From Escherichia phage vB_EcoM_01, in sequence record PP129558: 64,000 nt of DNA; one strand, written 5' to 3'. The stretch's first letter is position 1. Each line of letters begins with the position of its first letter. Of this stretch, positions 26,625 to 35,873 are shown piece by piece. The translations under genes were made by a program, and so were the position numbers. The notes below the pieces were generated by a model. It was not told the DNA's origin. It saw only the letters and a program-made list of their open reading frames with translations, and did no database searches.

Positions 26625-26648
26625 AGCCTCCTTATTGGAGGCTTTTTG
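26625..26648 (+). terminator. intrinsic terminator ending the tRNA transcription unit
   Basis: AGCCTCC-TTATT-GGAGGCT hairpin followed by TTTTT. Confidence 0.65.
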
Positions 26649-26666
26649 CTATCTATTGAATAAAAC

Positions 26667-26695
26667 TTGACTTATTATTTTTTATATGTTAAGAT
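26667..26695 (+). promoter_or_regulatory. candidate promoter (TTGACT-N17-TAAGAT)
   Basis: Near-consensus -35; TAAGAT -10-like element; about 20 nt upstream of the 26717 start. Confidence 0.4.
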
Positions 26696-26716
26696 AAAGT
26701 TTAGGAGGATTTTATT

Positions 26717-27013
26717 ATGCCTAAACTAAAACGTGGTCGTGGAAGACCAACAGCCGAAATGCAACAGATTTACGCAATGGATGCGGCGCAAGCAAGTGTA
26801 AAAGAATTATTTGCAGAGCATTATTTAGAAGCTATGCGGTATATTGTTGAACTTGTTAATGATAAGGATGCAGCAAAACCTCTCCGCTTCCAAGCAGCTA
26901 AAGCTATTAAAGAGCAAGTAGAAGAATGGTTAGAAGAACATTATGAAGCTATGGAAGAAGAAACCCCTGCCGTGCAGAATACAGATGACGTTCCTAAAAA
27001 GATCGTAATCTAA
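26717..27013 (+). CDS. hypothetical DNA-binding protein (AT-hook-like KRGRGRP)
   Basis: 98 aa; TAGGAGG RBS; GRGRP motif near the N-terminus; could be a small terminase candidate but unsupported. Confidence 0.35.
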   Translation: MPKLKRGRGRPTAEMQQIYAMDAAQASVKELFAEHYLEAMRYIVELVNDKDAAKPLRFQAAKAIKEQVEEWLEEHYEAMEEETPAVQNTDDVPKKIVI

Positions 27014-27062
27014 TCCCTCTCCTCTCTTGGGGCTTTGCCCCTCCTCCTTGTTATTTTTAACA

Positions 27063-27097
27063 CCCCTCTCCGAAAGGTTAGGGGCTTTTTTATTTTT
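27063..27097 (+). terminator. intrinsic terminator
   Basis: CCCCTCTCC-GAAA-GGTTAGGGG hairpin followed by CTTTTTTATTTTT; a second smaller hairpin GGGGC-TTT-GCCCC lies at 27029-27041. Confidence 0.6.
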
Positions 27098-27102
27098 AAT
27101 GC

Positions 27103-27132
27103 TTGCAATTGTATATCATTTTATGATAAGAT
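27103..27132 (+). promoter_or_regulatory. candidate promoter (TTGCAA-N18-TAAGAT)
   Basis: -35-like hexamer and the same TAAGAT element as at 26690. Confidence 0.35.
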
Positions 27133-27153
27133 CAGATATGAGGAGGATAAAAT

Positions 27154-27327
27154 ATGCGCAATTTTGTAGTTAAAAATGATTTTAACCGTTCTTCTTATCA
27201 TAAAGATAAAAAGAATGATTACACACGGGTTTGGAACTTGGAGGAAGAACTTTATGATGACAGAGAAGACTTGGGAAGAGATCCTAGCGGAGGCTCAACC
27301 AATGGAAGTGAAGAAGATAGTTAACAA
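27154..27327 (+). CDS. hypothetical small protein (57 aa); alternative to the ORF-track 27176..27391
   Basis: ATG at 27154 is preceded by GAGGAGG; the ORF-track alternative in another frame has no obvious RBS. Confidence 0.25.
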
Positions 27328-27374
27328 CGCCCCTTCTCTTCCTAAAATAAAATTTTATGAGGAAGTAGAAGATA

Positions 27375-27767
27375 ATGAATCTAAAGACTAAAACTGTATT
27401 AAGTTTTGTTTTAATTGTTGTTCTTATTCTTGCCGGAATGTTTGCTTATAACAAGATACGTGAGTCTGGCTACAAAGATGGTGTTGCCTATCAAACGCAA
27501 GTATATCAAGCAGCCCAAGCAAAAGCAAAACAAGATTTTGATGTTCTTCAAAAAAGAGCAGATGAAGAAAGAGCATTATTAAATACTCAAATAAACAACT
27601 TGTCTAAAAACAATGCACAATTAAAAGCAGATTTAGAGAAGAAGAAACAAACGATCAATGAGGATACAACGAATTATGCAAAAACTAATTCTGGCAGTAT
27701 GTCTTGCTTTGCCCCTAATGATGACGGGTTGTTCATCATCAACAAAAGTTTCCCCAGTTCTTATTGA
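27375..27767 (+). CDS. i-spanin-like protein (Rz-like)
   Basis: 130 aa; N-terminal transmembrane segment (VLSFVLIVVLILAGMFAY) then a coiled-coil-rich domain; GAGGAAG RBS; an embedded lipoprotein gene overlaps its 3-prime end. Confidence 0.45.
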   Translation: MNLKTKTVLSFVLIVVLILAGMFAYNKIRESGYKDGVAYQTQVYQAAQAKAKQDFDVLQKRADEERALLNTQINNLSKNNAQLKADLEKKKQTINEDTTNYAKTNSGSMSCFAPNDDGLFIINKSFPSSY

Positions 27768-28002
27768 TGAGTGTAAGGCTGTAGCCATAGAAAAGGTTAA
27801 AGGTCCAGATTCGGACTTGATGGATAAAGTATCGACACCTGTGCCATACACTAAAAATCAAATTGCAAAAGGGGTTAGTAGATCTGAAGTTGTTAACAAC
27901 CAAACTCAAAACAATGCTCTTTGGGAGCAAGATAGACGAAAGGTTCTAGGTTTACAAACATATATTAAAACACTGCAAGAAAAAGGTATTATTGCTGAAT
28001 AA
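27658..28002 (+). CDS. o-spanin-like lipoprotein (Rz1-like), embedded or overlapping
   Basis: Signal peptide with lipobox-like LMMTGC; starts in another frame inside the i-spanin gene (possible start 27676) and extends past it. Confidence 0.45.
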   Translation: MRIQRIMQKLILAVCLALPLMMTGCSSSTKVSPVLIDECKAVAIEKVKGPDSDLMDKVSTPVPYTKNQIAKGVSRSEVVNNQTQNNALWEQDRRKVLGLQTYIKTLQEKGIIAE

Positions 28003-28011
28003 GGAGGGAAT

Positions 28012-30087
28012 GTGGCAAAGAAAAAGGCAGCAGGTAGTTTAGCTGGAGTAGATATTGAAGTAAAGGCTCAACCAGGTAAACAGACTCTTGCAATGGATTT
28101 AATGCCAGAAGTTATGATTTATGGTGGTGCCGCTGGATGTGTTTCGGCTGAAACGGAATATCTTACAAAAGATGGTTGGAGGCAGATTAGTGAATATTCG
28201 GGAGAGGATATTTACCAATACAATCCTAAGAATAAGCGTTTAGAATTGGTAACACCTTATTTTGTAGAATATGATTTAAATGGAGATAACCTATACAGAA
28301 TAACAAATGGTGTAGGATTGTTCCAAGAACTTAGTATGGAACACCGTTTTGTATTCTATAAGAAAAAGAAATCAAAGAAACATTTCGAGATTCTTGTAGG
28401 AGATCTTATTGCATTACAGCAAATAGGAAAACCCCTGCAAGGTTATGTAGAAAATCCATTCGGTAAACGTGTTCCTTTTAACATACCTGGTAAAAAGAGC
28501 ACTTACTTAAAAATACACGAGGTTATTTCAACAGATGATAAGAAATATTGTTTTGAGACTCCAAGCAGCTATATTGTCTTTAGACGTGGCGATCACTGCT
28601 TCGTTACTGGGAATAGCGGCAAGTCTCGTCTGCTATTGCTGAAAGCTTTAAAATACGCCTACAAAGACCCTTTGTTTGGTGGAATACTTTTCCGTAAGAA
28701 CACCACTGCTCACCGTAAACCAGGTGGTCTGTTTACAGAAGCAAAACGTTTGTATCTTCCTTTACAACCACACGTAAAAGAAAGTACAATGGATATCATT
28801 TTTGAAGCCACTGGTGGTGGAACCCTCAAATTTGACCATTTGGAAAATGATAACGTAACAGCAGAAACAAACCATCAGGGTACACAGTATTCAATGGTAG
28901 GTTTTGACGAGTTAACCCACTTCACACAATATGAAATGCTCTATCTTCTGGGACGTATGCGTTCAGAGTCAGAAACAAGTTTCATGTTGTGCACATGTAA
29001 CCCTGACGCAGATAGTTGGGTTTTGAATTGGGTGTTACCTTATCTTGATGAGGGTGGTTATCCTAGAGAAGATATGTGTGGTAAACAAAAATATTTCATC
29101 ATTGTTAACGATGAACCTGTTTTTGCTGACACACCTGAAGAACTGAAAGAAAAATATCCAGAAAACTGTTTCATGGAAAACCCTAATACAGGGGAGACAG
29201 TTGTTATTGAACCACAAACTTTCGTATTTATTGGTGGGACAATATTTGATAACCCAGAACTCATTAGGCTTAACCCTAATTACCTAGCACAGCTTAAATC
29301 ACAAACAGCGATCAAAAGAGCACAGCTTCTGGACGGTTGTTGGTTTGCACGTATCCAGAAAGAATCTTTCTTTCAACGTGAATGGTTACATAAAATATCT
29401 TATAAAGATGTTCCTAACAATCTTAAACTAATGCGAGCATGGGATAAAGCTGTTTCAGTTCCTACAGAAACTTACCGTTATCCAGACTATACAACATCTG
29501 TCAAAATGGGTAAAGATCAAGATGGTAATATCTACATCTTTGGCGACTATGATTATGATGCTGTGGATGAGAAAAGTAAAATTTTCGGAAGGTTTCGAAG
29601 ACTACCTGGGGAAAGGGATAATTTGATTCTAAATCAATGTAAGATTGATGGACCAGAAGTTACAGTAGTGCTTCCTAAAGACCCATCTGGTGCTGGGACA
29701 ATAGAATACACAGAGTCTGCAAAGAAACTTATTCTAGAAGGTTTTGTTGTTAAACCAGATGCTATGCCAGGTAACAAGAAAAAGCTTCAGCGTTTTATGC
29801 CTTTTAGTAGTGCGTGTCAAAACGGCTTTGTTTATATTGTTGAAGATTCTTTCCCTAATGTGGAAACTTTAACCCACTTTTATAAAGAATTGGAATCTTT
29901 CAATGGTGAAAGATCTACAGCCACTATTAAAGATGACATTCCCGATGCTGCTGCCTCTTGTTTTAATACTCTGTCAAAAGAGAATACTTTCAAAGCAGTA
30001 GCAATCCCTACAACAACAAATGCTCCTACAGGATACAGTAGAATGAACAGCGGATTTCACCAACCGTATAGTGTCCGTAAAAGATAA
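28012..30087 (+). CDS. terL: terminase large subunit (TerL) with intein
   Basis: 691 aa; GTG start after AAGGAGGG; Walker B-like MVGFDELTHF and TCNPD motifs; the P-loop is split by an insertion and re-forms as GGAAG-SGKS once that insertion is removed. Confidence 0.85.
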   Translation: MAKKKAAGSLAGVDIEVKAQPGKQTLAMDLMPEVMIYGGAAGCVSAETEYLTKDGWRQISEYSGEDIYQYNPKNKRLELVTPYFVEYDLNGDNLYRITNGVGLFQELSMEHRFVFYKKKKSKKHFEILVGDLIALQQIGKPLQGYVENPFGKRVPFNIPGKKSTYLKIHEVISTDDKKYCFETPSSYIVFRRGDHCFVTGNSGKSRLLLLKALKYAYKDPLFGGILFRKNTTAHRKPGGLFTEAKRLYLPLQPHVKESTMDIIFEATGGGTLKFDHLENDNVTAETNHQGTQYSMVGFDELTHFTQYEMLYLLGRMRSESETSFMLCTCNPDADSWVLNWVLPYLDEGGYPREDMCGKQKYFIIVNDEPVFADTPEELKEKYPENCFMENPNTGETVVIEPQTFVFIGGTIFDNPELIRLNPNYLAQLKSQTAIKRAQLLDGCWFARIQKESFFQREWLHKISYKDVPNNLKLMRAWDKAVSVPTETYRYPDYTTSVKMGKDQDGNIYIFGDYDYDAVDEKSKIFGRFRRLPGERDNLILNQCKIDGPEVTVVLPKDPSGAGTIEYTESAKKLILEGFVVKPDAMPGNKKKLQRFMPFSSACQNGFVYIVEDSFPNVETLTHFYKELESFNGERSTATIKDDIPDAAASCFNTLSKENTFKAVAIPTTTNAPTGYSRMNSGFHQPYSVRKR
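28138..28614 (+). mobile_element. mini-intein (159 aa) in the TerL Walker A motif
   Basis: Begins with Cys (CVSAETEYLTKDGW, block A-like), has a block B-like LSMEHRF, ends in Asn followed by Ser; excision gives IYGGAAG-SGKSRLLL; too short for a homing endonuclease domain; penultimate residue is Gly, not the usual His. Confidence 0.6.
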
Positions 30088-30090
30088 TTG

Positions 30091-30119
30091 TTGACAAAAG
30101 TCACTTTAAAGTGTATTAT
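30091..30119 (+). promoter_or_regulatory. sigma70-like promoter (TTGACA-N17-TATTAT, with TG extension)
   Basis: Consensus -35, 17-nt spacer, TGTATTAT -10; upstream of the portal gene. Confidence 0.55.
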
Positions 30120-30188
30120 AACTAGATAGGTGAGGTTGTATATAATACAGCCTTGCCTTAACGATTTTATACCTGACTGGAGGAACAA

Positions 30189-31754
30189 GTGTCAACAGGA
30201 AAAAGAACGTACACTAAAAAGTCAGAATACTGGGACAAAGGTGCTGCAAATAAAGCTGCTCTCTCTCCAACAAAAGAGGCAGAGAAAGAGAAAACGTTAC
30301 TCCTGTCACCTGAAATAGGAACGATCGGATTAAACTCAATCAAAGCATTTACGAATTTCATGCAACCTTATGAGACTCGTTTCCCAGAATGTATTCGCAC
30401 TTTTAAAGAGATGGGTGAAGACCCTGATGTAGCTACTGCTCTTGATGCTACATATATCTTTGTAGATAGAGCATTCTTTGATTTCAAGATAAAATACAAT
30501 GTAAACTCGGCAAAGTCAAGAAAAGCTGCTAAGTTTATTGATTACATGTTACGCAATATGCAAGCCCCTCTACGTCAATATGTTAGATCACTTTTGACAT
30601 ATAAGCAATATGGTTTTGCATTTGCAGAGAAAGTTTATGAGTTGGATGAAGATCCTAAAAGTCCTTACTTTGGGTATTGGCGATTAACCAAACTGGCTTT
30701 TAGACCACAAGACACTCTTCACATGGCTCAACCTTTTACATATTCGGCAGACGGACGTTCTATTCTATCTGTTAACCAGAATATCACCAATACGATGTTA
30801 GCTCCAGGCAATACAACTTTAGAAACTGGTATTAAAGAAATTCCTTTCAGTAAAGTTTTATTTGTTGGTAGCAACATTACAGAGAATAACCCACTAGGAG
30901 TTAGTCCGCTTTTAGCTGTATATCGTAGCTGGCGTGAAAAATCTCTTATTCAGGAATTTGAGGTTATTGGGGTATCTAAAGATTTAGGTGGTATGCCAGT
31001 TCTTAAGGTTCCAAGTGACATTCTAAACAGGGCATCTTTAGATCCTGCTGGGGATGAAGCACAATCTCTTCGAGTTCTCCAAGCCAACATCGCTAACCTG
31101 CACTCTGGTGAGCAAGCCTACATGGTATTGCCTTCAGACGTTTATGAAGGCACAGTGATGCGTCAATACGATCTTGTATTCCAAGGTGTTGATGGCACAG
31201 GTAAACAGTTTGACACTCAAGCACTAATCAAACAACGCAAGCTAGATATTTATAACCGCTTTGGTGCGGGTGTGTTGATTATGGGTGATGGTGATGCAGG
31301 AAGTTTTGCGCTTTCTGACAACAAACAAACACTATTGTCTCATTTTATTGAGCGAGATGTAGATATTGTTGTAGAAGCTATAAACTCTCAACTGATCCCT
31401 CAAACACTACGACTAAACAATATCTTCCTTTCTGATGAAGATATGCCTAAGTTTGTCAGTGGTGAAATGGGTGATCCTGATATTGAAGTAAATGCTAAAG
31501 CTATTCAGCAGTTGGTAGCCTCTGGTGCAATACCTTTAACCCCAGAAGTTATTAACGAGTTCCTTGAAAAAATTGGTTTTGAATATCGCATCCCTGACGA
31601 TATTGTTGCCAATAAAGAGAAATTCTTTGAATTCATGGATAACTATATGCCTGACAAAACTTCACGATCAGGAGATGGTTTAGCTACAGCGGGAACTGGA
31701 ACATCTGATACTGTTTCTGCTTTAGATCCTTCAGCACAAAACCTGTCGAATTAA
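30189..31754 (+). CDS. portal protein (putative)
   Basis: 521 aa; GTG start after GGAGG; directly downstream of terL, with size and position typical of a portal; no motif check possible. Confidence 0.55.
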   Translation: MSTGKRTYTKKSEYWDKGAANKAALSPTKEAEKEKTLLLSPEIGTIGLNSIKAFTNFMQPYETRFPECIRTFKEMGEDPDVATALDATYIFVDRAFFDFKIKYNVNSAKSRKAAKFIDYMLRNMQAPLRQYVRSLLTYKQYGFAFAEKVYELDEDPKSPYFGYWRLTKLAFRPQDTLHMAQPFTYSADGRSILSVNQNITNTMLAPGNTTLETGIKEIPFSKVLFVGSNITENNPLGVSPLLAVYRSWREKSLIQEFEVIGVSKDLGGMPVLKVPSDILNRASLDPAGDEAQSLRVLQANIANLHSGEQAYMVLPSDVYEGTVMRQYDLVFQGVDGTGKQFDTQALIKQRKLDIYNRFGAGVLIMGDGDAGSFALSDNKQTLLSHFIERDVDIVVEAINSQLIPQTLRLNNIFLSDEDMPKFVSGEMGDPDIEVNAKAIQQLVASGAIPLTPEVINEFLEKIGFEYRIPDDIVANKEKFFEFMDNYMPDKTSRSGDGLATAGTGTSDTVSALDPSAQNLSN

Positions 31755-31782
31755 AAATATTTAATATTTTTTAATTTTTCTA

Positions 31783-31816
31783 TTGACAAAACAACAAATA
31801 TCCTGTAGACTAAGAT
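31783..31816 (+). promoter_or_regulatory. candidate promoter (TTGACA with TAGACT/TAAGAT -10-like elements)
   Basis: Consensus -35 in the CTATTGACAAA context shared with the tRNA promoters; -10 assignment ambiguous. Confidence 0.35.
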
Positions 31817-31847
31817 TTATGGGATATCTGTTTTTAAGAGGTTTCAA

Positions 31848-32327
31848 ATGGAACTCAATAAAGATACACTGTGGGAACTCTTCAAAACCTTCGCTGGTTT
31901 TAAAGAGAATTCTGAATCCCAACAAGATTCTATACCATCTCAAAAACCTGAAACTCTAGTCAAACAAAATAAATTTGATGAAGAAAAGATGCAGGTTATT
32001 GAGGTCTTGTATTGTCCACCTGAAGAAGACGATCTCCACGGAGAGCGCATGTCTGATTTGGAAATCAGGAAGATGGTTGACAACTTCAATGAGAATATTA
32101 CCAACATTAGTGGTAATCTTGGTCACATGAAGAACACCGATAAGTTTTCTCCAATTAAAGCTTGGGTAAATGAAGTCGATTGTTACATTGGTGACGAACT
32201 CGTTGTGGAAGGAACTCCCCTCGTTAAAATCCAATTCAACGACCCTGAATTATATCAAGCTCGTAAAGACGGCGTTCTTAAAGGTTTGAGTATAGGCGCA
32301 ATGGGCGTTAAAGTCAAGAAGGACTAA
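31848..32327 (+). CDS. prohead protease, XkdF-like (tentative)
   Basis: 159 aa; VIEVLYCPPEEDDLHGERMSDLEIRKMVDNF resembles the N-terminal pattern of XkdF-type phage proteases as recalled from memory; lies between portal and scaffold. Confidence 0.4.
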   Translation: MELNKDTLWELFKTFAGFKENSESQQDSIPSQKPETLVKQNKFDEEKMQVIEVLYCPPEEDDLHGERMSDLEIRKMVDNFNENITNISGNLGHMKNTDKFSPIKAWVNEVDCYIGDELVVEGTPLVKIQFNDPELYQARKDGVLKGLSIGAMGVKVKKD

Positions 32328-32329
32328 TC

Positions 32330-33445
32330 GTGGCAAATACATATTTAACTAACGTAGACTTTTCTGGAAAAGCTACGGAAGAGTCACTAGGTGCTCATAT
32401 TGCTTACACTTTTGATTTTCAAGGTGGAGCGGCATCTGGTTACAATACCCCCCTTTTATTTAAGTCAGACGGATCTCCAGACATAACTTTTGAAAAGTTA
32501 GAAGCTCTCACTAAAATGGGAGAAGATGTTACAGAGTTACGTAAAAGCTATATTCAACAAGTGATGGATCGCATTTCTGAAAAAGTGCGTGAAAAATTTG
32601 AAGCTGGTTGGGATTGGGTTTACGTTATTGATGCTGACTTCGATGCGAACGTTGCAATTTTCTGTTCAGATAACGGTATGTTCTCTGTTGGCTTTAAAGT
32701 TGACGGACTGAATGTTGAAGTTGAAGAGGTTGCTAAACCTGTTGTTCGTGTTACTGATTATCAAGTTGTTGATGGTGATGTAATGATCTCCATTGATTTC
32801 TTTGAGGACGTTTTAGACGATGCTTTGAGTAATCTCGTTAAGAGTTCCTTGAAACAAAGTCAAGTTAAAGATTATTTAGTGAAAGCTCACGCTAAAGCTA
32901 ATACAAACTCTGTGGATGCAGAGGCTAACCCCGCAGGTGATAAATCTGCAAACACAACTGGAATCAATAAAGGAGAAACCCCTTTGGAAAATATCAACAA
33001 AGAAGAATTCCTGAAATCTGCTGAATTCCAAGAACTGATGAAAGCACAGATCGCTGAAGCTGTAGAAAAAGCAGCAGCAGATGCACGTGCAGCCGCAGAA
33101 CTTGAAGCACAGGAAAAAATCGCTAAGGCAGAACAGGAAGCAGAAGAACTTCGTAAAGCTGAACAAGCTCGTATCGAAGAAGAATATACAACTGTTGTTA
33201 AATCCTATTCTTTCGTAGAAGAAGACAAAGTTGAAGCTCTCGTTAAATATCTGGTAGACAATAAAGATATCGCTGAAACTATCGTCAAAGCATTCGAAAA
33301 AGCACGTGCAGAAGTGGACGCAGTTAAGAAAGAATTTGGAACAGAACGTGGTGTTGATGTGATCAATACTCAACCTGTAGCTAAATCTTCTTCTGAACTG
33401 ATTAGTCAGAAAGCTGCTGAACTTAAAAAAGCCCAGAAACAATAA
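32330..33445 (+). CDS. scaffolding protein (putative)
   Basis: 371 aa; GTG start coupled to the upstream stop; long A/E/K-rich coiled-coil segment; directly upstream of the capsid genes. Confidence 0.45.
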   Translation: MANTYLTNVDFSGKATEESLGAHIAYTFDFQGGAASGYNTPLLFKSDGSPDITFEKLEALTKMGEDVTELRKSYIQQVMDRISEKVREKFEAGWDWVYVIDADFDANVAIFCSDNGMFSVGFKVDGLNVEVEEVAKPVVRVTDYQVVDGDVMISIDFFEDVLDDALSNLVKSSLKQSQVKDYLVKAHAKANTNSVDAEANPAGDKSANTTGINKGETPLENINKEEFLKSAEFQELMKAQIAEAVEKAAADARAAAELEAQEKIAKAEQEAEELRKAEQARIEEEYTTVVKSYSFVEEDKVEALVKYLVDNKDIAETIVKAFEKARAEVDAVKKEFGTERGVDVINTQPVAKSSSELISQKAAELKKAQKQ

Positions 33446-33464
33446 TCTTAGGAGATTAAATTAA

Positions 33465-33863
33465 ATGGCTAAAGGAATTACTTTATCTAACTCTCGCCAG
33501 GAATTCGGACACCTGGTTCTGGGTGGAGTGTTTAGCTCTGACCTTGGACACTGTGTACGTGAAGTTAACCTGGTTAAAACAGCAACCATGAAAATTGGTT
33601 CTATCCTGAAAGCTGACAACACTGAAGCTGCTAAAGCTGAAGCTGCCGATGCTGCTAAAGTTCTGATTTGGACTGATGCTCTGTTCGGTATTGACGATGT
33701 AGCAGTAGGTGACACTTTCACCGCAGTTGTTGGCGTACGTGATCTTACTCTGAACCGCTTTGCAGTATACTACAAAGATGGCTCCCTGGTAGATGACGCT
33801 GGCGTAGCAGCACTGGAAACACATGATCTGAAACTGACCGAAAAAGTCGTTTTCACTTCTTAA
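33465..33863 (+). CDS. head decoration protein (lambda gpD-like position, tentative)
   Basis: 132 aa; immediately upstream of the gpE-like major capsid gene; host-like codon usage. Confidence 0.35.
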   Translation: MAKGITLSNSRQEFGHLVLGGVFSSDLGHCVREVNLVKTATMKIGSILKADNTEAAKAEAADAAKVLIWTDALFGIDDVAVGDTFTAVVGVRDLTLNRFAVYYKDGSLVDDAGVAALETHDLKLTEKVVFTS

Positions 33864-33884
33864 TTTTAATAGGAGATTAATATA

Positions 33885-34886
33885 ATGCCAGCAGTAATTT
33901 TAGATCAGGTTGTAGATTTCAGCCCTATGATCGAACTTCAGGATTCCCCTGATACACTGATTGCCAGCCTGAATCTGTTCAGTGTTGACTATCATTCAAC
34001 TACCGCTATTGAAATCGGTAAAGAAAAAGCTGAAGATGCTCTGATCTCCGCTCGTGAGCGTGGTGGTGAGCGTAACTTCCTGACCATGAAAAATCCAGAA
34101 CTGAAAGCGTTCCGCATTCCGTTCTTCCCTCTGGATAAAAACATCAAAGCTCAAGATATTCAATCTTTCCGTAGCTTTGCAATGGCAGGAATCAATGACT
34201 CTCTGCGCACAGACGCTGAAGTTGTTAACCGCTATATGTCCCAGATTCTGCGTGACGTAGCAAAAACCAAAGAGAAAATCTTTGCAGAAGCAGTTATGGG
34301 TCGTGCCTATAACGGCGTAGGTGGTGCAGCTAACTCTGCATACAACTGGTATACCGAATGGGGTGCTACCCAGAAATCTGTTGCTGTAGACTTTGCTTCT
34401 ACCACTGTTTCTCCAGCAGCCACTATCGAACAAGAAGCTCGTGCTTACATCATCGATACTAAACAAGATGGCTCTACCGCTACCCGTATCGTAGCTCTGT
34501 GTTCTCGTGAGTTTTTCGCATCTCTGGTTAACTCTCCATTTGTTCGCCAGGCATATCAGTATTTCCAGGGAACTCCTAACCTTCTGCGTGACCGCCTTAG
34601 CGGTAACATGGATGTTCAGGTGTTCGAATGGAACGGTGTAACTTACATTGAAGATATCCACGGTAACATCCCTGCTGGTGAAGCATATGTTCTGCCTATG
34701 GGTATCGAAGGTATGTTCCAGGCGCACTACGCTCCTGCGGATACCCCAGAACTGGCTAACACCCAGGCTCGTGAACTGTATACCTTCATGATCAGCCAGC
34801 ACCGCACTATTCAGCTTCAGTCTGAATTCTCGCTGCTCGCAGTTAACACCCGTCCAGAACTGGTAGTTAAACTGACTACGGCTTAA
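33885..34886 (+). CDS. major capsid protein (lambda gpE-like)
   Basis: 333 aa; C-terminal NTQARELYTF resembles lambda gpE GNTQARGLRTY as recalled; length matches; strong host-like codon bias; terminator follows. Confidence 0.75.
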   Translation: MPAVILDQVVDFSPMIELQDSPDTLIASLNLFSVDYHSTTAIEIGKEKAEDALISARERGGERNFLTMKNPELKAFRIPFFPLDKNIKAQDIQSFRSFAMAGINDSLRTDAEVVNRYMSQILRDVAKTKEKIFAEAVMGRAYNGVGGAANSAYNWYTEWGATQKSVAVDFASTTVSPAATIEQEARAYIIDTKQDGSTATRIVALCSREFFASLVNSPFVRQAYQYFQGTPNLLRDRLSGNMDVQVFEWNGVTYIEDIHGNIPAGEAYVLPMGIEGMFQAHYAPADTPELANTQARELYTFMISQHRTIQLQSEFSLLAVNTRPELVVKLTTA

Positions 34887-34908
34887 TAGAACTCTGTTAA
34901 GATTAGAG

Positions 34909-34941
34909 GCTCGTCCGTGATGGGCGAGCCTTTTCTGTTTA
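34909..34941 (+). terminator. intrinsic terminator after the capsid gene
   Basis: GGCTCG...CGAGCC stem followed by TTTTCTGTTT. Confidence 0.6.
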
Positions 34942-34970
34942 CAATAAGAGTTTACAACGAGGAGATTGAT

Positions 34971-35315
34971 ATGTCAAACCCAGAATTGAAACGTTACTTT
35001 AGTTATCACGAAATGATTCGTGATTTCGAATCGCTTTCACCACTGATCGATGCTGATAAAACATTAGTATCTGCGCCACCAATGTCTTTCTATCTGAAAG
35101 ATGGTCGTATTGCATTAGGTGGAAACTTCATTCACTTCCTCACGCGTTTGAGAGAAGAAACAGGTATTCTTGTGCATCCTTTTGCAAGTGAAGAACACAT
35201 GGGTTACTATCTTGTAAGTTACGAAGACTATGCACCTGTAAAAATCAAAGAAGAAGTTTTAAAAGTAGAAGCGGTAGACACTCCAGCTAAAAAACGTTCC
35301 CTTCGTAAAAAATAA
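34971..35315 (+). CDS. hypothetical head-tail joining or completion protein
   Basis: Start at the ATG behind GAGGAG (MSNPELKRY); the ORF-track start at 34917 lies inside the terminator. Confidence 0.3.
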   Translation: MSNPELKRYFSYHEMIRDFESLSPLIDADKTLVSAPPMSFYLKDGRIALGGNFIHFLTRLREETGILVHPFASEEHMGYYLVSYEDYAPVKIKEEVLKVEAVDTPAKKRSLRKK

Positions 35316-35324
35316 GGTGGGCTT

Positions 35325-35873
35325 ATGCTGAATGCGGTAGAGTTGGCACCACTGATCCGAATTCTTGTTTATAACCCTTCTCAAGAAGTATTGCCAGATG
35401 CAATGCTGATTCAGATCATCCAAACTTGGATTGATATTATAGGGAATGAAGATAAGGATAAGTGTGCAGTATTGTGGAACAGCTTGATTTCTGTTTTAGA
35501 GTATTTATGGAACAACGATGTTCTTAACAACAGTACTCAAACAGGAGGAGCTATGTCCCGCAGAGAAAAGATGGGTGAAGTCGAAGTTGAAGTTAAATTT
35601 AACAACGGTCAAGTCACTTATAAATCTCCGTGGGAAGATATCTATCATAACTATTTAAATGGTCTTATGGTGATCCCTGGGTGCACGGCAGGACGAGGAG
35701 CAACCAGTAAAGTTCTTATTGGTGGTGTTGATGCTCGTGAGATTGATCGAGTAAACAGTGATCCTAACTCTGTAAATGGTCTTGGTAATGTTGCAAGTGT
35801 TGATCGGAATACACGCAACGTTAATTATTTACGAAATTACGGACCTGTTTCTTTTTATCGTAGGGACAAATAA
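35325..35873 (+). CDS. hypothetical virion protein
   Basis: 182 aa; AAGGTGG RBS; in the head-tail connector region. Confidence 0.3.
   Translation: MLNAVELAPLIRILVYNPSQEVLPDAMLIQIIQTWIDIIGNEDKDKCAVLWNSLISVLEYLWNNDVLNNSTQTGGAMSRREKMGEVEVEVKFNNGQVTYKSPWEDIYHNYLNGLMVIPGCTAGRGATSKVLIGGVDAREIDRVNSDPNSVNGLGNVASVDRNTRNVNYLRNYGPVSFYRRDK

Noticed and set aside
26717-27013. Small terminase subunit assignment for the AT-hook protein
   Set aside because: It is about 1 kb upstream of terL with the spanin genes in between, and only a GRGRP motif supports DNA binding; kept as hypothetical.
27176-27391. 71-aa ORF from the ORF track upstream of the spanin gene
   Set aside because: No RBS, and it overlaps a better-supported small ORF (27154..27327, behind GAGGAGG) in another frame; neither is confidently real.
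33996-34802. 268-aa minus-strand ORF antisense to the major capsid gene, and similar antisense ORFs (32876..33442, 1134..1556, 8500..8766)
   Set aside because: They lie opposite well-supported genes on the non-coding strand, lack an RBS and have low-complexity composition; treated as spurious.
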